Positions 39,114-48,896 of a stretch of DNA of 64,000 nucleotides are shown here, piece after piece. Under the pieces are notes generated by a model. That model ran no database searches and was not told the origin of the DNA. It was given only the letters and a program-made list of their open reading frames with translations. This DNA is from an uncultured delta proteobacterium (GTDB lineage Bacteria; Myxococcota_A; Polyangia; Polyangiales; Polyangiaceae): positions 2,912,001 through 2,976,000 of the forward strand of contig CAWAIF010000003.1 in the NCBI GenBank assembly GCA_963782055.1, read 5' to 3'. The translations under genes were made by a program, and so were the position numbers. The stretch's first letter is position 1. Each line of letters opens with the position of its first letter.

Positions 39114-40249
39114 CAGAGCCTCCGGAGGCCGTAGGCGAGCCACTCGAAGGCGCGGCGGGTGCGGGGGCGCAGCCGCCAGGTGGCGAGGTCGACGCGCTGA
39201 CCCTCGCGGCAGTCGCGCTCGAAGGAGTCGCGCACGTGGGCGGCGAAGGCCTCGTCGTCGACGGCGAGGTTGACCTCCAGGTTCTTGCGCCAGGAGCGCT
39301 CGTCCAGGTTGTAGCTGCCGATGGTGGCGAAGTCGTCGACGATGGCGGTCTTGGCGTGGAGGACGCGCCCGGGCAGCGCGTAGATCTCCACGCCGTGCTT
39401 GAGGAGCTTGTCGAAGAGCGCCTCCACCGCGAACTGGACGATGGGGAGATCGCTGCGGTCGGGGACGAGCACGCGCACGCGCACGCCGCGCTCCGCCGCG
39501 CGCCAGAGCGCGCCGCGCACCGAGCGGTTCGGCACGAAGTAGCTGTTGGCGATGTCGACCGAGCGCTGGGCGTGCTGGATGCGCCACAGGTACTCGCGGC
39601 GGATGTCGCGCCGCTTGCGCCACGGGCTGGCGAGCACCCACACGCGGGAGGTGCGCCGGCGGTGGATGGGCCGCACGTCCGGCGGGAGGTCGCGGGGCTT
39701 GCTCCCAGGTGTGCCGTCGCTCGCCTTGCGCCAGGTGTCGTAAAAGAGGGTGCGGAGCTCCTGCGCGGCGTCGCCGCGCACCCCAATCATGTCGTCGCGC
39801 CAGCCCTGCCCGCCCTCGGCCTCGGGGAGCCACTGCCGGCTCAGGTTGATGCCGCCGGTGAAGCCGATGCGACCGTCCACCACCAGCAGCTTGCGGTGAT
39901 CGCGCCGCTCCAGCATGTCCAGCGTGAGGGCGCTGCGCAGGGGGAAGAGGGCGTGGAAGGGGACGACCTGGCCGCCCGCGTCCACCAGCCGCCCCCAGAA
40001 CGCCGGGGTGATGGCGAGGCTGCCGAAGGCGTCGTAGATGACGCGGACGGTGACCCCCTGCTTCGCCTTCTCGACCAGGGCGTCGAGGAAGCGCAGGCCC
40101 GCGCGGTCGGGGTTGACCCAGTACATCTCCAGCAGGACCTCGCGCTCGGCGTGGCGGATGGCGTCGAGCATGACGGGGAAGGCCTGCGCGCCGTCGCGCA
40201 GGAGGCAGACCTCGTCGGCACGCACGGCGAACCAGATGACGTCAGTCAC
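39110..40249 (-). CDS. Cardiolipin synthase-like phospholipase D (ClsB-type, no N-terminal TM)
   Basis: Two HKD motifs (DHRKLLVVD, LHAKTAIVD), GGIN, WRD, GSYNLD. Confidence 0.9.
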   Translation of the reverse strand: MTDVIWFAVRADEVCLLRDGAQAFPVMLDAIRHAEREVLLEMYWVNPDRAGLRFLDALVEKAKQGVTVRVIYDAFGSLAITPAFWGRLVDAGGQVVPFHALFPLRSALTLDMLERRDHRKLLVVDGRIGFTGGINLSRQWLPEAEGGQGWRDDMIGVRGDAAQELRTLFYDTWRKASDGTPGSKPRDLPPDVRPIHRRRTSRVWVLASPWRKRRDIRREYLWRIQHAQRSVDIANSYFVPNRSVRGALWRAAERGVRVRVLVPDRSDLPIVQFAVEALFDKLLKHGVEIYALPGRVLHAKTAIVDDFATIGSYNLDERSWRKNLEVNLAVDDEAFAAHVRDSFERDCREGQRVDLATWRLRPRTRRAFEWLAYGLRRLW

Positions 40250-42639
40250 GGTGACCTCTTGATGGGGGGGCGCGCGGCGACGATCACCAGCGCGTCGTCC
40301 TTGAGCGCGGAGGCCGCGTCGGCCTTCAACCGGGCGAGCGCGGGGGGCGGCGCGTCCTTCGTCCCGCGCCAGAGCGCGATGGCACGCGCGCGCGGGTCCA
40401 GCATGGCCTTGCGCGCGTCGGCGGCGGCGCGCGTGCGCGCGCGCGCGAGGTCAGCGTCGGTGAGGGCGCCGTGCGCGACCCGCGCGAAGAGGGCGCGCAC
40501 CTGCGTGACGGCGGCGTCCAGCGCGGAGCCCGGCGCGTCCACGTGGACGACGAGCGCGGGGGCGCTCGCCGGGCCGACGGACCGCACGTCGAAGGAGCGC
40601 GCCAGCCCGTCGCCGAGCGCGCGGGCGAGCAGGCCGTCGTGCCCGCCGAGGATGGCCGCGATCCACGGTGCCGCCGGGGCCGTCTCGCCCCGGAAGGAGG
40701 CCCCGAGGTACGCCTCGCTCGCGCCGTCGGTCTCGACGGCGTAGGTGCCCGCTCGCGGTGGGGCCGTCGTGGCCGCGGCGGGACAGGTGCGCGGGCCCGG
40801 GGTGCGCTCCACCCAGCGATCGATCGCGCGCAGCGCCTCGTCGCCCTGCGCGTGGCTGTCGTTGGCGAGGACCACCGCGCGCAGCGGGCCTCGACGCAGC
40901 GCCTCTGCCCTCGCGGCCACCGCGGCGGGCGAGAGGTGTCGCAGCCCGGCGACCGTGCCTGTCGGCAGGAGGGAGGAGGGCGCCGCCGGAGAGAGCGCGA
41001 CGGCGAGGGTGGAGAGCGCGGGCGACGCCTCTCCGAGCAGCACGCCCTGCGCGCGCGGGACGCTGTCCATGTCGTCCACCGCGAAGCTGCGCGCCGCGGC
41101 GTCGGCGATGCGCCGCGCGAGCCGGCCGGGTGACTCCTGCGGCCGCGCGCTGGCGTGCACCACCACCCCGACGCCGTCGGCGGCGACCCACGGGTCGGCC
41201 TCCACGCGGTAGACGCGCCGGGCGTGCCGCGCGACGGCGACGGCGAAGGCCGCGGAGAGGCCGGCGTCGGCCGAGGTCTCGCCGGTCACGCCGCATGCGG
41301 AGGCGACGAGCACGTAGGCCTCGCGCTGCCCGCGCTCCACCGCCGCGCGCCCCTGGACCACGGGCGCGCCCGCGTCGGCGCGCACCCTCTCCAGCTCGCG
41401 ACGGAGCGCGTCCCGCGCCGCCTCGAGATCCGCCGGCGTGGGCGCCGCGCGCGCGGTGTCGAGGCCGATCGCCACCGGACCCGGTGTGGCCGGGACGGCG
41501 CGATCATCCAGCTCGGCCAGCGCCAGCACCGCCCCCTGCTCGGCCGCGTCGCGCGGGTCGGCCAGCGGCGGCGGCGTGACGCTCGGCTCTGCGGCGGCGA
41601 TGGACATCTCGTGCTGGGCCAGGTCCACCAGGGCGGCGACGCGCGCCGGCGCCTTGCGCGCGTCGGCGGGCGCGCGCAGCGTCACCGAGATGCACGCCGA
41701 GCGCGCGTGGGTGCTGGCGATGACCGACTCCACGCGCGCGGCAGGCTCGGTGGCGCGGAGCCGCGCGACGAGCGCGCCGTCGCGCGCGCCGAGGGATGCC
41801 GCCGCGTCCGGGGCGCGCGCGGCGTCGAGGCGCAGCGTGAGCGATACGCGCGTCGTCCCGGGCGTGCCGTCGTCGCTGGCGTCGTAGACCGCGAGGTCCG
41901 TCGTGGGCGCCGCCTCCGGCGGGAGGGGCGCCGCATCGGGCCACGCCGGCCCGGACGTCAGGCCCGCGGCGACGCTGCGGACGAAGGCGTCTGGGCCGAC
42001 CGCGGCCCAGGCCACGCGGCCGAGGCCGCCGGCGGCCTTCCGCCACGCGTCCAGCTCGGCGACCGACGGCAGCGCGGCGGGCGGCGGGCGCACGACCCTG
42101 CCGTCGCACGCAGCGACCGGCGCGAGGGCGCGGGGGACGGCGCGGAGGTTGCCGAGCGCGGTGAGCTTGACCAGCGCCGCGGCGCGGTCCGCGTCGGACA
42201 CCGGGTCGAGCAGCGCCGCGCGAAGCAGCGCGGCGGTGGCGGCGGCGTCGGCCGGTCGCTGCACCCACCCGCGGACCCGGAAGCCGTCCGCCTGCGGCAC
42301 GACCGCCACATCGGACCAGCCACGCGCGCGCAGGCGCGCCTGGACGACGGCGCCGAGGGCCACCGCGACCGTGGCGCCGCGCTCGGGCGCGATGCCCTCG
42401 GTGGTCACGGCGGCCGCCAGGCCGTCGAGCGGGTCGCCGTCACGCACCAGCGTGGCGAGCGGCGGGCGCCCCGCGGCGCGGAGGACCGACTGGGTGGGAG
42501 CCCTGTACGGGGCGGCGGACGGCGTCGTGGTGGTGTGCCGGACCGCGGGTGTGCACGCGACCGCCGCGGCGATCTGCGCCACGAGGGCGAGGACGCTCAG
42601 CTCACTTCGCCTGGCCCGGCGAGCCCGCTCCTCCGCCAT
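40246..42639 (-). CDS. Ala-rich lipoprotein, probably a non-catalytic M16 peptidase-like protein
   Basis: AVAC lipobox; C-terminal ILGG...LARAL...LTDADLARA pattern resembles M16 domains; no HXXEH. Confidence 0.55.
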   Translation of the reverse strand: MAEERARRARRSELSVLALVAQIAAAVACTPAVRHTTTTPSAAPYRAPTQSVLRAAGRPPLATLVRDGDPLDGLAAAVTTEGIAPERGATVAVALGAVVQARLRARGWSDVAVVPQADGFRVRGWVQRPADAAATAALLRAALLDPVSDADRAAALVKLTALGNLRAVPRALAPVAACDGRVVRPPPAALPSVAELDAWRKAAGGLGRVAWAAVGPDAFVRSVAAGLTSGPAWPDAAPLPPEAAPTTDLAVYDASDDGTPGTTRVSLTLRLDAARAPDAAASLGARDGALVARLRATEPAARVESVIASTHARSACISVTLRAPADARKAPARVAALVDLAQHEMSIAAAEPSVTPPPLADPRDAAEQGAVLALAELDDRAVPATPGPVAIGLDTARAAPTPADLEAARDALRRELERVRADAGAPVVQGRAAVERGQREAYVLVASACGVTGETSADAGLSAAFAVAVARHARRVYRVEADPWVAADGVGVVVHASARPQESPGRLARRIADAAARSFAVDDMDSVPRAQGVLLGEASPALSTLAVALSPAAPSSLLPTGTVAGLRHLSPAAVAARAEALRRGPLRAVVLANDSHAQGDEALRAIDRWVERTPGPRTCPAAATTAPPRAGTYAVETDGASEAYLGASFRGETAPAAPWIAAILGGHDGLLARALGDGLARSFDVRSVGPASAPALVVHVDAPGSALDAAVTQVRALFARVAHGALTDADLARARTRAAADARKAMLDPRARAIALWRGTKDAPPPALARLKADAASALKDDALVIVAARPPIKRSP

Positions 42640-42648
42640 GCCTCCCCA

Positions 42649-43407
42649 TCACTGCACGAGGTCGGCCGCGGAGCGCGGCGCGATCTTCAAGTTGAAGAAG
42701 TACGTGACGAGCCCGGTGACGGACGCGAAGTGCGTGCCCGGCGGGTAGGCGTTCGCGGGGATGTCGTACAGCTCGTTGCTGATCGAGGGGCCGCCCTGGA
42801 GGTTGGTGAAGTCGGCGGTGACGCGTCCCTTGCCGTCGCCCGTCGTGCCGGTGGCGAGGGTGACGTCCTTGACGGTGACCAGCAGCCCGATCCACTTGCG
42901 CCCGCTGTCGAAGTTGTTCAGGTCGGCGACGTCGATGACGGCCGGCTCGGGCGGCGTGGTGCTGTACTGCAGGGCGACGGCCGGCTTGGCCATCTGCGGG
43001 AGGAAGGCGGGGCTGAAGTCGACCGTGGTGCCGATGGTCTGCTGCTCGACGTACTGTCCGTCGATGTCGACCACGTCGCCCGGGGCGAGGCGCAGGTCCG
43101 CCGGCTGGAGGGTGGGGGAGTAGAGGCTGATGCCGCCCAGCGGGCCGGCCAGATCCACGTCCTGCAGGTAGATGGTGCCGCGACTCTTGCCGTCCTTCGT
43201 CTCGTCGAAGGCGTCGACCGCCGTCACCACGGCGCTGGAGACCGACACAGTCTGCCCGGCGAGCCCGCGCGCGGGGTCCTGCACGTCGCGCAGGCGCATG
43301 CCCTGCCCCAGCACCGAGGGTGTGTAGGGCGCGGGGGGATCGCCGGCGCGGCTGGAGCACGCGGCGGCGAGGGCGAGGCAGCACGTGAGCAGGAGGGCAC
43401 GGCGCAT
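42649..43407 (-). CDS. Hypothetical lipoprotein, possibly with OB-fold domains
   Basis: Lipobox LAAAC; VVTAVD...IYLQD, PGDVVDIDG and C-terminal IAPRSAADL. Confidence 0.72.
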   Translation of the reverse strand: MRRALLLTCCLALAAACSSRAGDPPAPYTPSVLGQGMRLRDVQDPARGLAGQTVSVSSAVVTAVDAFDETKDGKSRGTIYLQDVDLAGPLGGISLYSPTLQPADLRLAPGDVVDIDGQYVEQQTIGTTVDFSPAFLPQMAKPAVALQYSTTPPEPAVIDVADLNNFDSGRKWIGLLVTVKDVTLATGTTGDGKGRVTADFTNLQGGPSISNELYDIPANAYPPGTHFASVTGLVTYFFNLKIAPRSAADLVQ

Positions 43408-43468
43408 CCGGGTGGCGTTTGCTTACAACACCGGGCGCCCGGAGACCAGCGGTCGAGCGTCACAGTGA

Positions 43469-43505
43469 CGTAACGATCGGCGTAACGATCGGCCGGAACG
43501 TTACG
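43469..43505. promoter_or_regulatory. Tandem 12-bp repeat plus an inverted half-site; candidate enhancer
   Basis: CGTAACGATCGG twice (43469-43492) and CGTTACG (43499-43505). Confidence 0.55.
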
Positions 43506-43602
43506 CTCTGGGGGGGGTGTGACGGTGGGGACCCAGGTGACGCGTAGCCCAGTCCTACGGGGAAATCGGCCGTTTCTTCCTCAAGGTGCCCTCTCCGGGC
43601 GA

Positions 43603-43618
43603 TGGCACGGCGGCTGCA
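43603..43618 (+). promoter_or_regulatory. Sigma54 -24/-12 promoter for the ECF sigma gene
   Basis: TGGCACGGCGGCTGCA, exact GG-N10-GC. Confidence 0.65.
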
Positions 43619-43670
43619 CTGGGGGTCCCCGTCGCGCGGACGTCGCGACACTTTTTGGAGGACGACGAAG

Positions 43671-44336
43671 ATGACCAGGCGAGTTCGTGAGAGCGGAGTG
43701 TTCGTGGCGGTGACCCTTGACGTCGCTCGCAGCATGCCCAGCGAGTGGACCGACGAGGTGCTGCTGGCACATCTGGTCGCGAGCGAGCCGGCCGCGTGGC
43801 GCGAGTTCCAGCGTCGTTTCGGGCGGCTCATCGACCGCTGCATCATGAAGGTCACCCGGCGCTTCAGCTCGGTGGTCTCCCCCGACGACGTGCGCGAGAT
43901 CGCCGCGACGCTGCAGCTGTCGCTCCTCGCCAACGACATGCACAAGCTCCGCACCTTCGACCCGGAGCGCGGCAACCGCTTCTCGAGCTGGATCGGCCTG
44001 CTGGCGATCAACTGCGCCTACGACTACCTGCGCTCGCTGCGCCGCGAGCCGGGCAAGACCTCGCTGAGCGACGCCTCCGAGCTGGTGTGCGAGACGCCGG
44101 ACCCCTTCGAGATGGTGGCGCAGCGGCAGCGCGCTGGCATCGCCCGGCGGATGCTGGACGGCTTCAGCGCGCGTGATCGCGCGTTCGCCGCGCTCTACTT
44201 CGGCGAGGGGATGGACCCGCAGGCGATCGCGCGGCGGATGAACATCAGCGTGAAGACGGTGTACTCGAAGAAGCACAAGATCCAGGCTCGCCTGGAGGCG
44301 CTGCACCGCGACGAGGTCGGGACCGTCGCTGCCTGA
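43671..44336 (+). CDS. ECF RNA polymerase sigma factor
   Basis: Region 2 (FSSWIGLLAINCAYDYLR) and region 4 (IARRMNISVKTVYS); GGAGG RBS. Confidence 0.88.
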   Translation: MTRRVRESGVFVAVTLDVARSMPSEWTDEVLLAHLVASEPAAWREFQRRFGRLIDRCIMKVTRRFSSVVSPDDVREIAATLQLSLLANDMHKLRTFDPERGNRFSSWIGLLAINCAYDYLRSLRREPGKTSLSDASELVCETPDPFEMVAQRQRAGIARRMLDGFSARDRAFAALYFGEGMDPQAIARRMNISVKTVYSKKHKIQARLEALHRDEVGTVAA

Positions 44337-44388
44337 GCGCTCCTGGACGCGCGCCCTCTGCCGCGCGCCGAGAGGCCGCTCGTGGTTA

Positions 44389-44766
44389 CTACGCTTGCGT
44401 CGGGGCGCTGCGGGCGAGGTGGAGCAGCGCCGCCGCGATGGTGGTGGCGAGCTCGGCGAGCGGCTCCTCGCCCGGCAGCGCGAGCACCAGGTAGTCGCGC
44501 GCGATGACGTCGTAGGTCGCCAGGTGGCGCAGCGGGCGAAGCTCCCCGCCGCCGGGCAGGGCGATGCCCGGCTTGGTCGGGCGCACGTCGTCGGCGAGCG
44601 GCTTGCCGTACCGGCGGAAGACGGGGGCGAGCCACTCCTCGGCGAGCTGGCCGATCGCGACGCCGTTCTCGCGCAGCACCAGCACCTCGCCTTCCACCGC
44701 CAGCGTCGTCCGCACGAGCGCGCCGCCGGCGTCGAAGGTCTCGTGCACCACGAGGGAGGCGCTCAC
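44389..44766 (-). CDS. Hypothetical protein
   Basis: GTGA overlap with the upstream gene, codon bias. Confidence 0.65.
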   Translation of the reverse strand: MSASLVVHETFDAGGALVRTTLAVEGEVLVLRENGVAIGQLAEEWLAPVFRRYGKPLADDVRPTKPGIALPGGGELRPLRHLATYDVIARDYLVLALPGEEPLAELATTIAAALLHLARSAPTQA

Positions 44767-45203
44767 GCCTCCTCCGGCGCGACCGGTCCGACCTCCGCCG
44801 CCTTCTGCCGCACGAAGGCCTTGATGGCGCGCATGGGCACCGCGGTCGGGCAGACCTTCTCCAGCTCGGTGAGCCGCGCGTCATCGACGACGTCGAAGGA
44901 GCGGGCGGCGGCGTCGAAGTCGGGCATGCTGCGCGACGACGCGACGACGAGGTCCATGACCCCGGCGTACACGCCGCGCGAGGCCACCGCCCGCGCCGCC
45001 TCGCCCACATCGCACCGCCCGCACGCGATGCACCCGCCGAAGGCAGGCAGGGCGCGGCGCTCGTCGGGGGCCACCGCGGGGAGGCGATCTCTGGCGTAGC
45101 TCGCGCGGAACGCTGCGACGCCGCGCCGGGCGCCGAAGATGGGACCGATGAGCGTCTTGAGCAGCGCCCAGAAGAGGATCCAGGCCGCGTGCAGTCGCTC
45201 CAT
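44763..45203 (-). CDS. Small membrane-anchored Fe-S-like protein
   Basis: N-terminal hydrophobic helix, CIACGRC and distal CP. Confidence 0.68.
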   Translation of the reverse strand: MERLHAAWILFWALLKTLIGPIFGARRGVAAFRASYARDRLPAVAPDERRALPAFGGCIACGRCDVGEAARAVASRGVYAGVMDLVVASSRSMPDFDAAARSFDVVDDARLTELEKVCPTAVPMRAIKAFVRQKAAEVGPVAPEEA

Positions 45204-45227
45204 CGTGCCGTCCACGATTAGCGCCGC

Positions 45228-45266
45228 CTTAACAGTTCTTCAACCTCTCGCGCGTGGGTCCTTAAC
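45228..45266 (+). promoter_or_regulatory. Candidate OmpR-family binding repeats
   Basis: TTAAC (45229), TCAAC (45240) and TTAAC (45262), in 11-bp phase upstream of the two-component operon. Confidence 0.45.
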
Positions 45267-45304
45267 GTTCGCGCCACAAGCTCTCGGGCACACGGAGGCA
45301 CATC

Positions 45305-45928
45305 ATGCTCGGGTTTCTCATCGGTACGGCATGTCTCATCGGGCTCATCAAGGTGGCCCGCCACGGCCGCGGCTGCGGCGGCTGGGAATACGCGCACGGC
45401 TGCGGCCACGGCGGCGGCGGGGGCGGTCACCATCATCACCATCACCACGGCGGCTGGGGGCACGGCCACGGCGGCGGTCCCGGCTGGGGACGCGGCAGCT
45501 GGGGACGCGGCGGCGGCTGGGGCGGACGCGGCTTCTTCCTGCGCGGCCTCTTCTCGCGGCTGGAGACGACGCCCGGCCAGGAGAAGGCCATCAAGGCGGC
45601 GCTCGATCAGCTCTTCGAGACCGCCAAGCAGTCGCGACGCGAGTGGCGCGATACCGGAGAGCTCGCCACCCTGCTCCGCGGCGAGACCTTCGACCGCACT
45701 GCGGCCGAGGGCCTGAGCGGCAAGGCCGACGCGTCCTTCGCCAGGGTGCGCGTCGCCTTCGTCGAGGCGCTCGCGCAGATCCACGAGGTGCTCGACGACC
45801 GCCAGCGGCGCATCCTCGCCGACTTCCTGGAGTCCCGCGGCGGCTTCTTCCGCGGCGGCTGGGGCGGCGGCGGTGGCTGGGGCGGCGGACCTTACCGCAG
45901 CCCGGGCGGCGACAGGGACTGGGTCTGA
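45305..45928 (+). CDS. Spy/CpxP-like (LTxxQ) protein with a His/Gly-rich insert
   Basis: LETTPGQ and VLDDRQR motifs; H7 run. Confidence 0.78.
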   Translation: MLGFLIGTACLIGLIKVARHGRGCGGWEYAHGCGHGGGGGGHHHHHHHGGWGHGHGGGPGWGRGSWGRGGGWGGRGFFLRGLFSRLETTPGQEKAIKAALDQLFETAKQSRREWRDTGELATLLRGETFDRTAAEGLSGKADASFARVRVAFVEALAQIHEVLDDRQRRILADFLESRGGFFRGGWGGGGGWGGGPYRSPGGDRDWV

Positions 45929-45940
45929 GAGGAGGATGCC

Positions 45941-46129
45941 ATGCGACGCAGAATTCTCATGATCCTCCTCGCCCTCGGCACCGTCGGGGGCTACTCGGCG
46001 GGCTTCGCCCACATGCACTGCGCGGGGGCCGCGCGGCGCGCCGCCTTCGAGCACCACGTCGCCAGGGTGTGCGTGGACGCTGCTCGGGGGGCCGGTCGGG
46101 CCCCCGGCGCCGCCGCCGTCGCCCGATGA
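45941..46129 (+). CDS. Small membrane protein
   Basis: GAGGAGG RBS, hydrophobic N-terminus, within the operon. Confidence 0.65.
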   Translation: MRRRILMILLALGTVGGYSAGFAHMHCAGAARRAAFEHHVARVCVDAARGAGRAPGAAAVAR

Positions 46130-46183
46130 CGCCGGTTCCCGGGCGGGACGACGTCCCGCGGAGGAGGTAACGTGCTGGACGCG

Positions 46184-46858
46184 ATGCGCGTGCTCCTCAT
46201 CGACGACGACGCGAGGCTCTTCGAGCTGCTCTCGAGCTACCTCGAGCAGAACGGCGTGACGGTCAAGGGCGCGCCCGACGGCAAGAAGGGCCTCGCGCTC
46301 CTCGAGGAGGGCGGCTTCGACGCCGTCCTCCTCGACGTCATGATGCCGGGCATCGATGGGCTGGAGGTGTGCCGGCGCATCCGCCACAAGAGCAACGTGC
46401 CGGTGCTCATGCTCACCGCCAAGGGCGACGAGACCGATCGCGTCGTGGGCCTGGAGATCGGCGCCGACGACTACATCGCCAAGCCCTTCAGCCCGCGGGA
46501 GCTACTCGCGCGCCTTCGCGCCGTCATCCGGCGCGTGCAGCCCGACGTGCCGGTGGAGCGGATCGTGGTGGGCGAGGTGGCGGTCGACCTCGGCCGGCGC
46601 GAGGTGCTGCGCGGCGCCGAGCGCGTGGACCTCACCGGCATCGAGTTCGACATCCTGGTCGCGCTGATGCGCCGCGCCGGGCGCGTGGTGCCGCGCGAGT
46701 CGCTGCTCAGCGAGGCGGGCAGGGGAGACGTGGTCGTCGGCGAGCGCACCGTCGACGTTCACATCTCGCACCTGCGCCAGAAGCTCGGGGACGATCCGAA
46801 GACCCCCAAGCTGATCAAGACGGTGCGCGGCGTCGGCTACGTGCTGTCGAGGGAGTAG
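46184..46858 (+). CDS. OmpR-family response regulator (CpxR-like)
   Basis: IDDD, LLDVMMP, GADDYIAKPF, IKTVRGVGY. Confidence 0.95.
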   Translation: MRVLLIDDDARLFELLSSYLEQNGVTVKGAPDGKKGLALLEEGGFDAVLLDVMMPGIDGLEVCRRIRHKSNVPVLMLTAKGDETDRVVGLEIGADDYIAKPFSPRELLARLRAVIRRVQPDVPVERIVVGEVAVDLGRREVLRGAERVDLTGIEFDILVALMRRAGRVVPRESLLSEAGRGDVVVGERTVDVHISHLRQKLGDDPKTPKLIKTVRGVGYVLSRE

Positions 46859-46861
46859 GGG

Positions 46862-48250
46862 ATGGGCTTCCACGAGCGGTGGCGCGAGCGGAGGGAGCGG
46901 TGGCACGAGCACCACGAGCGGTGGCACGAGCACCACGAGCGGTGGCACGCCCTGCACGATCACCCGGCCGCGTGCGAGATCCCCGCGGAGGTGCGCGCGC
47001 GCTGGTACTACCGCTGGCGGCTCCAGCGGCGCATCTTCGCCTGGTTCGGCCTCACCATCCTGCTCACCGGGCTGGTCGTGGCGTTTGTCTTCCGCGGCAA
47101 CGCCGAGAGCTACAAGCGCGACATGCTGCGCGTGCAGACCTTCGTCAGCGATCGCTTCGCGCGGGTGTGGGACGAGCCCGCGCGGCGTGACGAGCTGGCG
47201 CGCTCCCTCGCGGGGGACCTGGACGTCGATCTGGTGCTGCGCTCGCCATCCGGCGCGACCCTCGCCAGCTACGGGCGGAGCTGCACCTCCCCCCAGGCGA
47301 AGGTGCCTGTCGTGCGCGGCGGCGCGACGCTCGGCGAGGTGTGGGTCTGCGCCGACCGCCACCGCGCGGGGAGGCCGTGGCAGCTCATCGGCCCGCTGCT
47401 GGTGACCTTCCTGATCCTCTGGGGCGCCTCGGGCGGGATCGCGCGGCGGCTCGCGCGTCCCTTCGCCGAGCTGGAGCGCGTGGCGCGCGCCATCGGTCAG
47501 GGCGACACGCGCGCACGCTTTGCCCTCTTCGGGCGTCGCGGCGGCGCGGAGGTGGCCTCGCTGGGCGCCACCATGAACGAGATGGCCAACCGCATCGAGG
47601 AGCAGCTCGCCGACCAGCGTGCGCTGCTCGCCACGGTGTCGCACGAGATCCGCACGCCGCTCTCGCGCATGCGGCTGCTGGTGGAGCTCGCGCGTGCGGG
47701 CGGCGGCGACGCCAGGACGCTGGACGAGCTGGACGAGGAGATCGTCGGCGTGGACGAGCTGGTGAGCGAGCTGCTGGCGGCCTCGCGCCTGGACTTCTCC
47801 ACGCTGCGGCGCACGCGGCTGCTCGCCAAGGAGGTGGCGGAGACGGCGCTCGGGCAGGCGAAGGTGGACGTCTCGGTGCTCGACGCCGAGACGCCCGACG
47901 CGGCCTTCGAGGGCGACGCGACGCTGGTCGCCCGCGCGGTGCGCAACCTGCTGGAGAACGGGCGGCGGCACGGCGGCGGTGTCGCGCAGATGCGCGTGCG
48001 CACGACCGGCCGGCGCGTCGTGTTCGAGGTGGAGGACGACGGTCCGGGCTTCGAGGCCGGGGAGGAGGAGCAGGTTTTCGAGCCGTTCTACAGCCGGAGC
48101 AAGGGCGGTGAGGCGGCCGGCAAGCGTTCGGTGGGGCTGGGACTGGCGCTCGTCAAGCGCATCGCCGAGGCCCACGGCGGCCGGGCCTACGCGGAGAACC
48201 GCGCCGGCGGCGGCGCGCGGGTGGCCGTGGAGTTCCCTCTCGCATCCTGA
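46862..48250 (+). CDS. HAMP-domain sensor histidine kinase with a His/Trp-rich N-terminal repeat
   Basis: Two TM helices, SHEIRTPL, NLLEN, DDGPG, GLGLAL. Confidence 0.94.
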   Translation: MGFHERWRERRERWHEHHERWHEHHERWHALHDHPAACEIPAEVRARWYYRWRLQRRIFAWFGLTILLTGLVVAFVFRGNAESYKRDMLRVQTFVSDRFARVWDEPARRDELARSLAGDLDVDLVLRSPSGATLASYGRSCTSPQAKVPVVRGGATLGEVWVCADRHRAGRPWQLIGPLLVTFLILWGASGGIARRLARPFAELERVARAIGQGDTRARFALFGRRGGAEVASLGATMNEMANRIEEQLADQRALLATVSHEIRTPLSRMRLLVELARAGGGDARTLDELDEEIVGVDELVSELLAASRLDFSTLRRTRLLAKEVAETALGQAKVDVSVLDAETPDAAFEGDATLVARAVRNLLENGRRHGGGVAQMRVRTTGRRVVFEVEDDGPGFEAGEEEQVFEPFYSRSKGGEAAGKRSVGLGLALVKRIAEAHGGRAYAENRAGGGARVAVEFPLAS

Positions 48251-48276
48251 GCCGCAACGCGCGATGGTTGGGGCGC

Positions 48277-48774
48277 GTGCGGTCCTCGACGGCTCACCTC
48301 CCTCTCGCGGCGCTGCTGCTCTTGGGCGCCTGCTCCGGCGCGACGGCGCGTCCCGCGCACTCGCCGCGGGCGAGCTCCGCCCGGGTGACGACCACCCCGG
48401 GTCCGGCGTCCGGCCCGCGGCCCGCGTCCACGGCGTCGCAGGTGCTGCAGCCGGCGCCGCCTCCCGCGGGCGGCGCACCGTTCCAGGTGGGGAAGGCGTC
48501 GTGGTACGGCGCCGCGCTCGCCGGTCACAAGACGGCGAGCGGGGAGCGCTTCGATCCGGAGCAGATGACCGCCGCGCACCGCACGCTGAAGATGGGGACG
48601 TGGGTGGAGGTCCGGCGCACCGACAACGGCAAGATCGTGCGCGTGCGGATCAACGACCGCGGCCCGGTCTCGCACCGCCTGATCATCGACCTGTCGCACG
48701 GCGCGGCCGAGCGTCTCGGGATGGTGCGCATGGGGATCGCGCCCGTGGAGCTGAGGATCGTCAGCGGCCCGTAG
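48277..48774 (+). CDS. rlpA: Septal ring lytic transglycosylase RlpA-family lipoprotein
   Basis: LGAC lipobox, GKASWYG, TAAHRTL, RINDRGP, IIDLS. Confidence 0.92.
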   Translation: MRSSTAHLPLAALLLLGACSGATARPAHSPRASSARVTTTPGPASGPRPASTASQVLQPAPPPAGGAPFQVGKASWYGAALAGHKTASGERFDPEQMTAAHRTLKMGTWVEVRRTDNGKIVRVRINDRGPVSHRLIIDLSHGAAERLGMVRMGIAPVELRIVSGP

Positions 48775-48896
48775 GCGGGTCGTGGGGGGCTTCCCCCGCC
48801 TGCCCGGTTTGAATAATCTCTCGCCGCACCCGTCATCACATCGTGCGCCTCCCGCGCACCTCCCACCCCGGCCGGGGAAACGTGAGAAGAAAACAG

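Noticed and set aside
48770..48804. GTAG-type REP family (also 4507, 15868, 61662)
   Set aside because: The hairpins share little beyond GTAGG, so there is not enough similarity to call a family.
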